Shown: positions 56,644 to 64,000 of the stretch, piece after piece
How the letters are laid out: each line of letters begins with the position of its first letter
Numbering within the stretch: position 1 is the stretch's first letter
DNA from: Candidatus Dojkabacteria bacterium
Lineage (GTDB): Bacteria > Patescibacteriota > Dojkabacteria > B142 > WJKM01
Direction: 5' to 3'
DNA: 64,000 nucleotides
Assembly: GCA_014729085.1 (NCBI GenBank)
Contig: WJKM01000011.1
Span: forward strand, 46,264 to 110,263
The notes under the pieces: generated by a model
Seen by the model: only the letters and a program-made list of their open reading frames with translations
Databases searched by the model: none
What the model was told of the DNA's origin: nothing
Made by a program: the position numbers and the translations under genes

Positions 56644-57222
56644 TAAAGTGAAAATATTACACAGTTTAATACAAAATTCATTCTAACTCCTGTTGTTTGT
56701 TTGCAGTTTTTATTATGGATGTAAGTTAAATGAACTCCCTTCCCAATAGAATAAAAACTCGACATTTCCATGGAGAATTTTTATATTCATTTTAGTGATT
56801 ATTAGTATACTTTTCCTTCTATTATTCCTCTTTTATTTGAGTTTTAAAATTCAGAAACTCTGAATCAGAAATAATACAACCCACATAAGTTTCAACTTGT
56901 GGTGACCAAATATGTAAGGAAAGTAAAACAACCTTGTATCCATAAGATTGCTAAAACTCTCTAAAGTTTGAATAATAAGCTCTACGATCTTAAACATGAA
57001 AAAGTAGACTAGGAAAACGCTGAAAAACTTCTAGAATGGATTATTTAACTACCAGCCAGACCATTAGCTGTATGTACCAATTAAATTCGGACCATTGCTT
57101 TGTTTATGAAGTACCACCAAAACCAGCTGATTTAAATGTAAGCGTTTACGAACTACTACTAAAACTAGTTTAACAGAGATCAAAGTAAGTTTTGCTAAGC
57201 GATAAATAAAGCCAAGACCCAA

Positions 57223-57729
57223 TTAGTTATCTTGGAAATAATACTCTAAGGCGGGAATTTCTAAAGTAAAAAATTTTTCTGGTGAATTATAATAAAGTTC
57301 TCTCGCTTCTTCTTTATCCATCCAAACAATATCTTTCACCTCATCCTTTTGTGGTACAAATTCCCCGTCTTCAACCTCACAAATAAAAATAAACCCTATC
57401 CACGGATATCCTTCCTTTAATTGCTGTGTGCAACAAAAGGGGCGGAATCCGAATGCCTCATCTGTACTCTGTGGCTTGAACACCTTTGTTCTAGAATCGT
57501 TTTTTACTGATTTCAGCTGAAGTCCAGTTTCTTCTTTGATTTCTCTTTCTAAAGTATCATAAACATTTTCATATACTCTATCTAAACAACCAGCAGGAAA
57601 TTCAAGAGTACCCGAGTAAAGTTCATCTCTCTCAGGTTTCCACCGGGTCTGGATAAGCAATTCGATTCTTTCATTTTTTTCGCGCTCAATTATCCCCCCT
57701 ACATAGGGAATACAAAAATTGAAATCCAT
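57223..57729 (-). CDS. NUDIX hydrolase
   Basis: Nudix box 'PAGCLDRVYENVYDTLEREIKEETGLQ'. Confidence 0.65.
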   Translation of the reverse strand: MDFNFCIPYVGGIIEREKNERIELLIQTRWKPERDELYSGTLEFPAGCLDRVYENVYDTLEREIKEETGLQLKSVKNDSRTKVFKPQSTDEAFGFRPFCCTQQLKEGYPWIGFIFICEVEDGEFVPQKDEVKDIVWMDKEEARELYYNSPEKFFTLEIPALEYYFQDN

Positions 57730-57753
57730 TTTTGTTATATTTTTATATCTTAT

Positions 57754-59346
57754 CTATACATCTGAATCCAGACAAGTTAATGGATCAGTACACCCCGTAT
57801 CTTCAGGGTCTCCTCCTGTGGTGCCGTCATCTCCACTATCTCCAGAGTTTTCTCCATCCTCCACCCCTAATTCATCTTTTAATTTTTCCATATGATCTTG
57901 GTAATCCTCACCTCCTGTATCTTCAGGGTCTTCAAAGACACTTGGGTCATAACCGTCGGGATCATGATAGACTTCGTCACCATCCCATGTACCATCCGTA
58001 GTATCAGTATTCGGGTCGTAATTTGGTGGTAAACCGTAATCTCCAGGGTCTGTAATTTCTGTATCCCAGCCACTTCCCCAAAAATCTGGATCAAAATTGG
58101 GAGGCAATCCATAATCTGCAGCATCTATAATATTTATCTCGCCTGTTTGTACCTGGAAATCATCTGCAAAAGCTGGTATATCAATCTCATCTGCTACGAC
58201 CATATCCCAGTCTCCAACAGGTATATCAAAAGTCTCTCCTCCCACTCCCTCAGAATCATGAGATACAATAACAGGGCCATTGTGGCTCTCATCAATAATT
58301 GCTTTTGTAACTTTGTTCTGTATATCTGTAGGAATTTGAGACCAGCTCCTCCCAACACTATTTGAAACAGTCGATTCAATAGTAGTTTGAACTTTATTAC
58401 TAGTTGCAATAGTAACTTTTTGAGACAAAGCTGGATTGGTTTGGTTTGAATTGGTAGTCTTAACTTTGGCTTTAGGCATTTCATCTGACACTGTATCGAG
58501 CTTGCCTTTCTCTATTATATCCTTCACTACATTTTCTGCATATCCGCTTGGAGTAAATGGATTCTCACCCCCAAGTACTGCTTGATTTGCCTCTACTACT
58601 GTCTCTACGGCAGTCTTTCCCAAATCAGTTGTTACTTTTTTCCAATCAACTGCAGCATTCAATTCTGGGTCTCGTGCTAATTTTTCTACCGTACTGTCGC
58701 TTGCATCTCTTAAATCCTCAACACTATTCAAATTATATGCATCTAAAAATGCTTGCCTATCAACTTGTTCAAGATCATTTTTCATATAATCATAGATCCC
58801 AGATCTGCTTGTCTCAATTGACTGATGCTTTGCTTTAACAAGAGAGCCAATTATTGGTACGTGATACCACCAGCTGTATCTCTCTTTTGCATAGACTTTT
58901 TGGATAAGTAGATTTTCAGTATTCATACCTACTGGTTCGCTATACAAATCAAACATCATAGACAAAGTTTCAGCCTGCATCAATGTCTCTTCAGCTACCA
59001 TATTGAACTGATCATAATTATCAAAGAAACTATCTGCATCCTCAACTGAGGCTGCATAAATCATATTCCTGTCATACTGGATCAGTGTAGCTAAATTTTC
59101 ATGATAATCAAAAAGCAATGCATTAACACCTTCAAAATCCGAAGGCTGGTAATCTCCTTCTGAGACACCGGAAGAACCGTTGCTACTATTAAAAGTATCA
59201 GTGCCATCGTTATCTGGATTTGAATCTGACAACCACAATATTGCACCACAAGATATACAAATACACAATACTAAAACTATAACTATCAAGATAATAATTA
59301 GTCCCATCTTAGACTTACTTTTGGTTTTTACTTCGCTGTTAGTCAT
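57754..59346 (-). CDS. N-terminally membrane-anchored acidic surface protein with tandem 'DYGLPPN(F/Y)DP' repeats and Cys-containing C-terminus
   Basis: 530-aa ORF. TM 'LIIILIVIVLVLCICISCGAILW'. The C-terminal 150 aa are extremely Asp/Gly/Thr-rich with the repeats 'GDYGLPPNFDPDFWGSGWDTEITDPGDYGLPPNYDP'. Confidence 0.5.
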   Translation of the reverse strand: MTNSEVKTKSKSKMGLIIILIVIVLVLCICISCGAILWLSDSNPDNDGTDTFNSSNGSSGVSEGDYQPSDFEGVNALLFDYHENLATLIQYDRNMIYAASVEDADSFFDNYDQFNMVAEETLMQAETLSMMFDLYSEPVGMNTENLLIQKVYAKERYSWWYHVPIIGSLVKAKHQSIETSRSGIYDYMKNDLEQVDRQAFLDAYNLNSVEDLRDASDSTVEKLARDPELNAAVDWKKVTTDLGKTAVETVVEANQAVLGGENPFTPSGYAENVVKDIIEKGKLDTVSDEMPKAKVKTTNSNQTNPALSQKVTIATSNKVQTTIESTVSNSVGRSWSQIPTDIQNKVTKAIIDESHNGPVIVSHDSEGVGGETFDIPVGDWDMVVADEIDIPAFADDFQVQTGEINIIDAADYGLPPNFDPDFWGSGWDTEITDPGDYGLPPNYDPNTDTTDGTWDGDEVYHDPDGYDPSVFEDPEDTGGEDYQDHMEKLKDELGVEDGENSGDSGDDGTTGGDPEDTGCTDPLTCLDSDV

Positions 59347-59523
59347 AATGTAAATAGATCTAAATTAATGTTACATTTTATACTTTAAAATATAAACTTT
59401 CAATGGGTTCCCAATTCCGGAAATCTCCGATATATAGCGACTTCATAACTTTATTAAGACTAAAAACATTTGCTACAATAAGTTACCTCATAAGTATTTT
59501 TACTTAATTTTGAATCCATTCAG

Positions 59524-61794
59524 ATGCCAAGAAATCTTTATCGTACTGAACCCACGGTCATAAATCAGATTGAGAGGACAAAAAAAAGAACTGGAAGTAA
59601 ATATCTTGAGGTTGCAACTAGTAATAAAAAGAAGCTTAAAGAGTTCAGCAGGGTTTTAACTGATTATGAAATTATAGGCAAAAATTTTGATATAGAAGAG
59701 ATACAATCCAATGATCCAATTAAAGTTATCAAACAAAAGGCTAAAGGAGCTTATGAACAAAACAAGTTCAATCCTATCCTAGTTGAGGATACCTCTCTTG
59801 AGATTAAAGGCTTGCATGGCCGACCTGGAACTTATGTAAAGGATTTTTGTGCTGAAGCTGGGATGAGGAAAATAATAGTTGAGGAATGGCTAAAGAATAA
59901 AGATCGCTCTGCTGTGGCAAGGGTTTTATTAGGACTTTTCGATGGTATGGAAGTGCATATCTGGGAAGGAAAAACTCAGGGAAGAATCGCTAAAAAACTC
60001 AGAGGAACAAATGGTTTTGGCTGGGATGATATATTTATTCCCAAAGGCCAAAAAACAAGAAAAGCAAGAACTTTTGCTGAAATGCAAGATAAAGAAAAAG
60101 ATAAATATTCCATGAGAAAGAAAGCTTTAAATAAGTTCCTTTCAAATCCAGTGGAAATGAATTATCCAGTATTTAGAATTCCAGAGCCTTATGAGCAGGA
60201 AATGAAAAGAGTTCAACCTGATAAACTGCAACAGTCCAAAGCAATAGAATTTGCTTTTCAGTTAGAATGCCTTGAACAAAAAAACAGTCCAAACAAAAGT
60301 TTTAAGGCTGATAAATATACATCATTGGTAACCACACAAAATCCATACTTTACGAGATTTCTAACAAAACCAAATACAAAAAGTATAGGCCTAATACTTA
60401 CAGATGTAGACAGAAAAAGATTAAAATTTTATAAAAATGGAGATCCTGTTTTATGGCAGATGGGACCAGAAAGACGTTTCCTAGCTTTAGCACAGCGAAC
60501 AGAATATTTTATGCATAACCAAAATGAAGAAATACATGAAATCCTTGATGACCTAGAAAATAGAAAATCAAATTTCCCTAAAAGAAACAATTTGCGATCT
60601 CCCACAATCGATAAAGCACTTGAGGTGGCCGGCGCTACATCTATCACAAAAGCTTTGTCCTTGAGAGAAATTGGATACAAGAAAATATCAGCTGATAAAT
60701 ATGTTAGCCGTACTAAAAGCGCAAAATATGGGCTCTTCAATATTGTTGGGAAGTATGCAAGGAGTATTTATGGAGTGGGTTGTCTCCCATGGGTTTCTGG
60801 ATGGAGAGATGTCATTGTAACTTCCGCCATTGGACATATTCCCGTCTTTGTCCATAGAAATAATATTAATGCTATAGATTTTCGAAATCAGATAGATTTG
60901 ATTAAAGAGAGCAAAAAGGTTATCGCCAAACTTAAACTTTCGAAGAAAGGAATTAGAAGAGCATACCAAAATATTGGCGCCGCAATTGGATGCCATCCAA
61001 TGAGAGACTTAGAAAGAGCCAAGAGACTTTATAAGGAAGCTGGTATCAAGCTTTTTAGAATTTACACTATTAACTCCGATCCCCGTGTAATTGAAACTGC
61101 TCATGCATTGAGAAAATATTTTGGCGATGAAATAGAAATCTTTGTCGGGCAACTGGTAGACAAGAAGCAGTGCAAACAATTAATACAATCAGACATTAAT
61201 GTAGATGGACTAATATTTGGGCATGGAGGCGGAAGGCAGTGTACCTCGGCAACTAACGGGATGGCCCTCTCTACTCTTGAGGAAATCTACAGTATTACAA
61301 CTGATAAAAAATTTAATAATACATCTTTATTGGTTGAAGGAGGGATAGGTTCTTATGTAGGTGGTCTACTAGTAATGGGCGTAGACTGTATCCTACGCAA
61401 TGCTCAATTTGCAAATTGTGTTATTGAACAAGGAGATACTTATTTTGAGTATCAAGACGGCAGACTTTGCCAACCCTATCATGGAAGTGCTAGTGCGCCG
61501 ACAATGATTATCGAATCTTTTAATAAAGAAAATGCAGAGAAAAAACTTTTCTATAGTGGTCGTACTAAAAATGTAGAAGGAACATCAGGATATATTTTCT
61601 ACAAGGAAAAAGCCAACTCTATGACTTTTTATATTAACCAATTTAAACACTATGCTGCTCGCACCCTAGCTGATATGGGCGTGGACAGTTTATGGGAGTT
61701 AAGAGATTTTTTGCAGAGTAATGAGGATGAGCTTTTAAGAGTAGTATCCCAGGACGCTGCATATACAGCTTCTGCTTGGAATCAGGGCCAATGA
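59524..61794 (+). CDS. fusion protein: N-terminal Ham1/RdgB-type non-canonical purine NTP pyrophosphatase (ITPase) + C-terminal IMPDH/GMP-reductase-family TIM-barrel domain
   Basis: N-terminal: 'LEVATSNKKKLKEF', 'EDTSLEIKGLHGRPGTYVKDF', 'GFGWDDIFIPKGQKTRKARTFAEMQDKEKDKYSMRKKALNKF' (Ham1 motifs). C-terminal: 'NIGAAIGCHPMRDLERAKRLYKEAGIKLFRIYTINSDPRVIETAHA...', catalytic-loop-like 'IFGHGGGRQCTSAT' (Cys codon 61240-61242) and 'LLVEGGIGSYVGGLLVMGVDCILRNA...YHGSAS' (cf. IMPDH 'IADGGIR.SGDI.KALAAGA..VM.GS..AG...YRGMGS'). No CBS pair seen. Confidence 0.75.
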   Translation: MPRNLYRTEPTVINQIERTKKRTGSKYLEVATSNKKKLKEFSRVLTDYEIIGKNFDIEEIQSNDPIKVIKQKAKGAYEQNKFNPILVEDTSLEIKGLHGRPGTYVKDFCAEAGMRKIIVEEWLKNKDRSAVARVLLGLFDGMEVHIWEGKTQGRIAKKLRGTNGFGWDDIFIPKGQKTRKARTFAEMQDKEKDKYSMRKKALNKFLSNPVEMNYPVFRIPEPYEQEMKRVQPDKLQQSKAIEFAFQLECLEQKNSPNKSFKADKYTSLVTTQNPYFTRFLTKPNTKSIGLILTDVDRKRLKFYKNGDPVLWQMGPERRFLALAQRTEYFMHNQNEEIHEILDDLENRKSNFPKRNNLRSPTIDKALEVAGATSITKALSLREIGYKKISADKYVSRTKSAKYGLFNIVGKYARSIYGVGCLPWVSGWRDVIVTSAIGHIPVFVHRNNINAIDFRNQIDLIKESKKVIAKLKLSKKGIRRAYQNIGAAIGCHPMRDLERAKRLYKEAGIKLFRIYTINSDPRVIETAHALRKYFGDEIEIFVGQLVDKKQCKQLIQSDINVDGLIFGHGGGRQCTSATNGMALSTLEEIYSITTDKKFNNTSLLVEGGIGSYVGGLLVMGVDCILRNAQFANCVIEQGDTYFEYQDGRLCQPYHGSASAPTMIIESFNKENAEKKLFYSGRTKNVEGTSGYIFYKEKANSMTFYINQFKHYAARTLADMGVDSLWELRDFLQSNEDELLRVVSQDAAYTASAWNQGQ

Positions 61795-61808
61795 AGTTAA
61801 TCCCAGTT

Positions 61809-62246
61809 TTAAATCAATTTACCTTTCTCCCATGCCTCAATACCTCCAGGGAAAATTTCAAAGAGAGGAATAACCTCAATATTTCTTGTACCTTTAATCT
61901 TTTCGAATTTTTTCTTATCTCTTTTTTTAAGTTTTTTAAGAAGATGTTGAAACTCAAAATCAACCTGACCTTTTCTTACAGGAATAGATTTTTCATATAT
62001 TTCGTCATTTACCTTTGTTTTATCAAACTTAAATTTTCGTTTTTTACTTTCCTTATAAACATAGGATAAATAAGTATTAATTGCGGCTTCCGGGTCTGAA
62101 GTATATCTGAATCTTCTAAGCTGTGGATGCTTTCTGTATCCGACTGTTCCCCCTTCAAGTACCTTTTTTGCGAGAAGAGCTTCCCGCCATAAAGCCACTA
62201 AACCCTTTGAATCCAAATATTTTAAGGATATACTCCACAGTCTCAT
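61809..62246 (-). CDS. pyrimidine-dimer DNA glycosylase (T4 endonuclease V/DenV-like, Pyr_excise family)
   Basis: 'MRLWSISLKYLDSKGLVALWREALLAKKVLEGGTVGYRKHPQLRRF' matches the conserved N-terminus of this family (MRLWSLHP.YLD..GLVALWRE.LLAQ.VL...GY.NHPQL). Confidence 0.65.
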   Translation of the reverse strand: MRLWSISLKYLDSKGLVALWREALLAKKVLEGGTVGYRKHPQLRRFRYTSDPEAAINTYLSYVYKESKKRKFKFDKTKVNDEIYEKSIPVRKGQVDFEFQHLLKKLKKRDKKKFEKIKGTRNIEVIPLFEIFPGGIEAWEKGKLI

Positions 62247-62249
62247 GTC

Positions 62250-63029
62250 CTATTCAACCTCCTTTCCTGGAAACCATGGGAAAAAAATACTTGTCCTTTT
62301 TTTATACACCTGGTACTTTTTATTATTTTCATATTTCTTTTCAAGCAATGGTATACCGGAAACAAACAAAATTAAATATGTGATAGTAATTGGACTAATT
62401 ATAATATATAAATTTGATTGTCCTACTAAACAAACTAAAAAAATACCCCACCATAGAACCACTTCGCCGAAATAATTTGGGTGTCTTGTATACCTCCATA
62501 AACCTTTATCCATTATTTTACCTTTGTTTTTGGAATTAGAGATGAACTTCGAAAGTTGATAATCGCCTACTAGCTCAAAAAAGAATCCTGTAATCCATGT
62601 AATTATCCCTAAATAATTCCAGAATTTAAAACTATATTGATTTACTCTACTTATTGACATAATAGGAAGGCTAATGATGAGCATAAGAAAACCCTGAAGC
62701 ATAAAGATCTGAAAATAAGACCTTATTAGATAATTCTTTCCCCAGTCTTCTCTCCATTGTCTGTATCTCCAATCTTCTTCTTTTCCCTTGTTTCTTCTGT
62801 AAATATGCCAGCCAAGTCTAGACCCCCAATTTACGACCAGTACCGCTGTAATAATATGCACAGTTTCAAAATTTCTGTTCACTAAAAAACTTGCGAAAGT
62901 TACCAAAATAAATCCAAAACCCCAGCCAATATCTACTATACTTGCATCTTTTCTATAAAGTGACAGGGAAAAAACACAATTCATATAAATAAATACTGCC
63001 ACTGCACACCAAATAATAGTATTTACCAT
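62250..63029 (-). CDS. DUF1295-family (steroid-5-alpha-reductase/ICMT-like) polytopic membrane protein
   Basis: 259-aa ORF with 6-7 TM helices. '[23 protein letters not shown]' is the RHPNYxGE motif of DUF1295/PEMT/ICMT-type methyltransferase/reductase folds. Confidence 0.6.
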   Translation of the reverse strand: MVNTIIWCAVAVFIYMNCVFSLSLYRKDASIVDIGWGFGFILVTFASFLVNRNFETVHIITAVLVVNWGSRLGWHIYRRNKGKEEDWRYRQWREDWGKNYLIRSYFQIFMLQGFLMLIISLPIMSISRVNQYSFKFWNYLGIITWITGFFFELVGDYQLSKFISNSKNKGKIMDKGLWRYTRHPNYFGEVVLWWGIFLVCLVGQSNLYIIISPITITYLILFVSGIPLLEKKYENNKKYQVYKKRTSIFFPWFPGKEVE

Positions 63030-63044
63030 TTGTTTTTTATTATA

Positions 63045-63716
63045 TTAACTAAATAAAGTTTGTTGAGTTGGTTCAGTGAGGCCTCTTGTGTCATTTTCAG
63101 GATTATTTACATCAGTAGTAACCGCATATTCTTCCATATTTCCTCTAAATGGTGTCAGTAATTTTTTTAACTTTGGTCCATCTTCTTCTTGAAGCCAGGT
63201 TTGCTCGTCTTCCTTTTCCAATACAGCAGGCATTCTATGATGCAGTTTGGCAACTATCTCATTGGGTTCTGTCGTGATGATTGTAAAAGTAGTAATCGAC
63301 TCATCGTCATGTCCTTTCCATCGGTCATAAATTCCAGCCATTGCAAAATATTTCTCTTTTTTAAGATGAACATAATGAGGAATTTTTTTACCGCCCTCTG
63401 TTTTCCATTCATAAAAACCAGTTGCCGGAACAAGACATCTTTGAGATCTAAAGGCCTTTTTAAATGAAGGTTTTTCGTCTATTGTTTCTGAGCGTGCATT
63501 AATCATTTTGCTTCCAATTGAACTATCCTTTGCCCAGAAAGGGACCAAACCCCATTGCATAATTACTAATTCATTCTTCCCATTATTATTTGTAATAACT
63601 GGAACTTCCTGAGAGGGTGCGATATTAAAACGCGGTTTTATGCCATAAACAGCCTCTTTGATTCTAAATCTTGGGTAAAACTGATTATCTATATCGAGTA
63701 CAAAGCGTCCGCACAT
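63045..63716 (-). CDS. SOS-response-associated peptidase (SRAP/YedK/HMCES-like abasic-site processing protein)
   Basis: N-terminal catalytic 'MCGRF', 'FNIAPSQEVPVI', 'MQWGLVPFWAKD', 'HHRMPAVL'. About 220 aa. Confidence 0.85.
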   Translation of the reverse strand: MCGRFVLDIDNQFYPRFRIKEAVYGIKPRFNIAPSQEVPVITNNNGKNELVIMQWGLVPFWAKDSSIGSKMINARSETIDEKPSFKKAFRSQRCLVPATGFYEWKTEGGKKIPHYVHLKKEKYFAMAGIYDRWKGHDDESITTFTIITTEPNEIVAKLHHRMPAVLEKEDEQTWLQEEDGPKLKKLLTPFRGNMEEYAVTTDVNNPENDTRGLTEPTQQTLFS

Positions 63717-63785
63717 AACCGACCGAATTTGGTATTATAATTTAATCTAATGTTTAATTATAGTAAATTTTTAATAACTGACTTA

Positions 63786-64000
63786 ATGAAAAAGAAAATA
63801 TTGCTCCGTTTACTTTTGGTATTTGCGATCTCATTAACTATTTCAGGGTGTGTCAACAAATCAAATGATACAGACTCCAAGAGCAGTGATATACAGCCCA
63901 ACCCTACTGAAACTATTACTATTACCACCGCACCTGTTCCAACAGAAATCTCAAATGAAGAATTAAACTTAGAGGAACAAATTTCAAAATCAAGCTCGAT
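63786..64000 (+). CDS. lipoprotein (5' part; continues beyond window)
   Basis: 'MKKKILLRLLLVFAISLTISGCVNK' is a signal peptide with an 'LTISGC' lipobox. Open to the window end. Confidence 0.5.
   Translation, partial: MKKKILLRLLLVFAISLTISGCVNKSNDTDSKSSDIQPNPTETITITTAPVPTEISNEELNLEEQISKSSS

Noticed and set aside
1-64000. CRISPR arrays, rRNA genes, IS elements/transposases, integrases
   Set aside because: No regularly spaced direct repeats. No long rRNA-like GC-rich blocks. No DDE/serine-recombinase/tyrosine-recombinase motifs in any ORF. No terminal inverted repeats flanking a gene.

Overview
This is a strongly AT-rich bacterial window with long intergenic spacers. It carries bacterial hallmarks: an OmpR/histidine-kinase pair, a MacAB-like ABC efflux operon with MarR, a type IV prepilin-like gene, SLH domains, RtcB and an RRM protein. 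The content suggests an uncultivated lineage, possibly Patescibacteria/CPR-like or a divergent Gram-positive-like organism; that placement is inference.

Contents: two tRNAs (Arg-GCG, Ser-CGA), about 65 CDS, one clear pseudogene remnant, and several terminator-like hairpins. No rRNA, CRISPR array or obvious IS/transposase was seen.

Housekeeping and accessory genes include TspO, a D-2-hydroxyacid dehydrogenase, glutamate dehydrogenase, a HI0933-family flavoprotein, a sugar-1-P nucleotidyltransferase, CapA, SanA/DUF218, two HAD hydrolases, two Nudix proteins, three DMT/EamA-like transporters, ArsR and AraC-GyrI regulators.

Five things stand out:
1. A 1853-aa membrane-anchored alpha-2-macroglobulin-like protein has no thioester motif. 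It carries an intein-like Hint (BIL-type) domain inserted at the position of the bait region.
2. A 756-aa protein fuses a Ham1/RdgB-type ITPase domain to an IMPDH/GMP-reductase-like barrel that has a Cys in the catalytic-loop position.
3. The fusion gene sits next to a DNA-lesion trio: pyrimidine-dimer glycosylase, a DUF1295 membrane protein, and an SRAP/YedK abasic-site peptidase.
4. A 2321-aa secreted giant protein combines two M23 peptidase domains, SH3b-like modules and three SLH repeats. An operonic membrane-anchored partner gene lies immediately downstream.
5. Smaller oddities include a 'YAQSGEDL' motif shared after the signal peptide of two unrelated proteins, a GC-rich non-coding island, a pilin gene with no canonical start codon, and a frameshifted FG-GAP gene remnant beside a Dda/RecD-like helicase.
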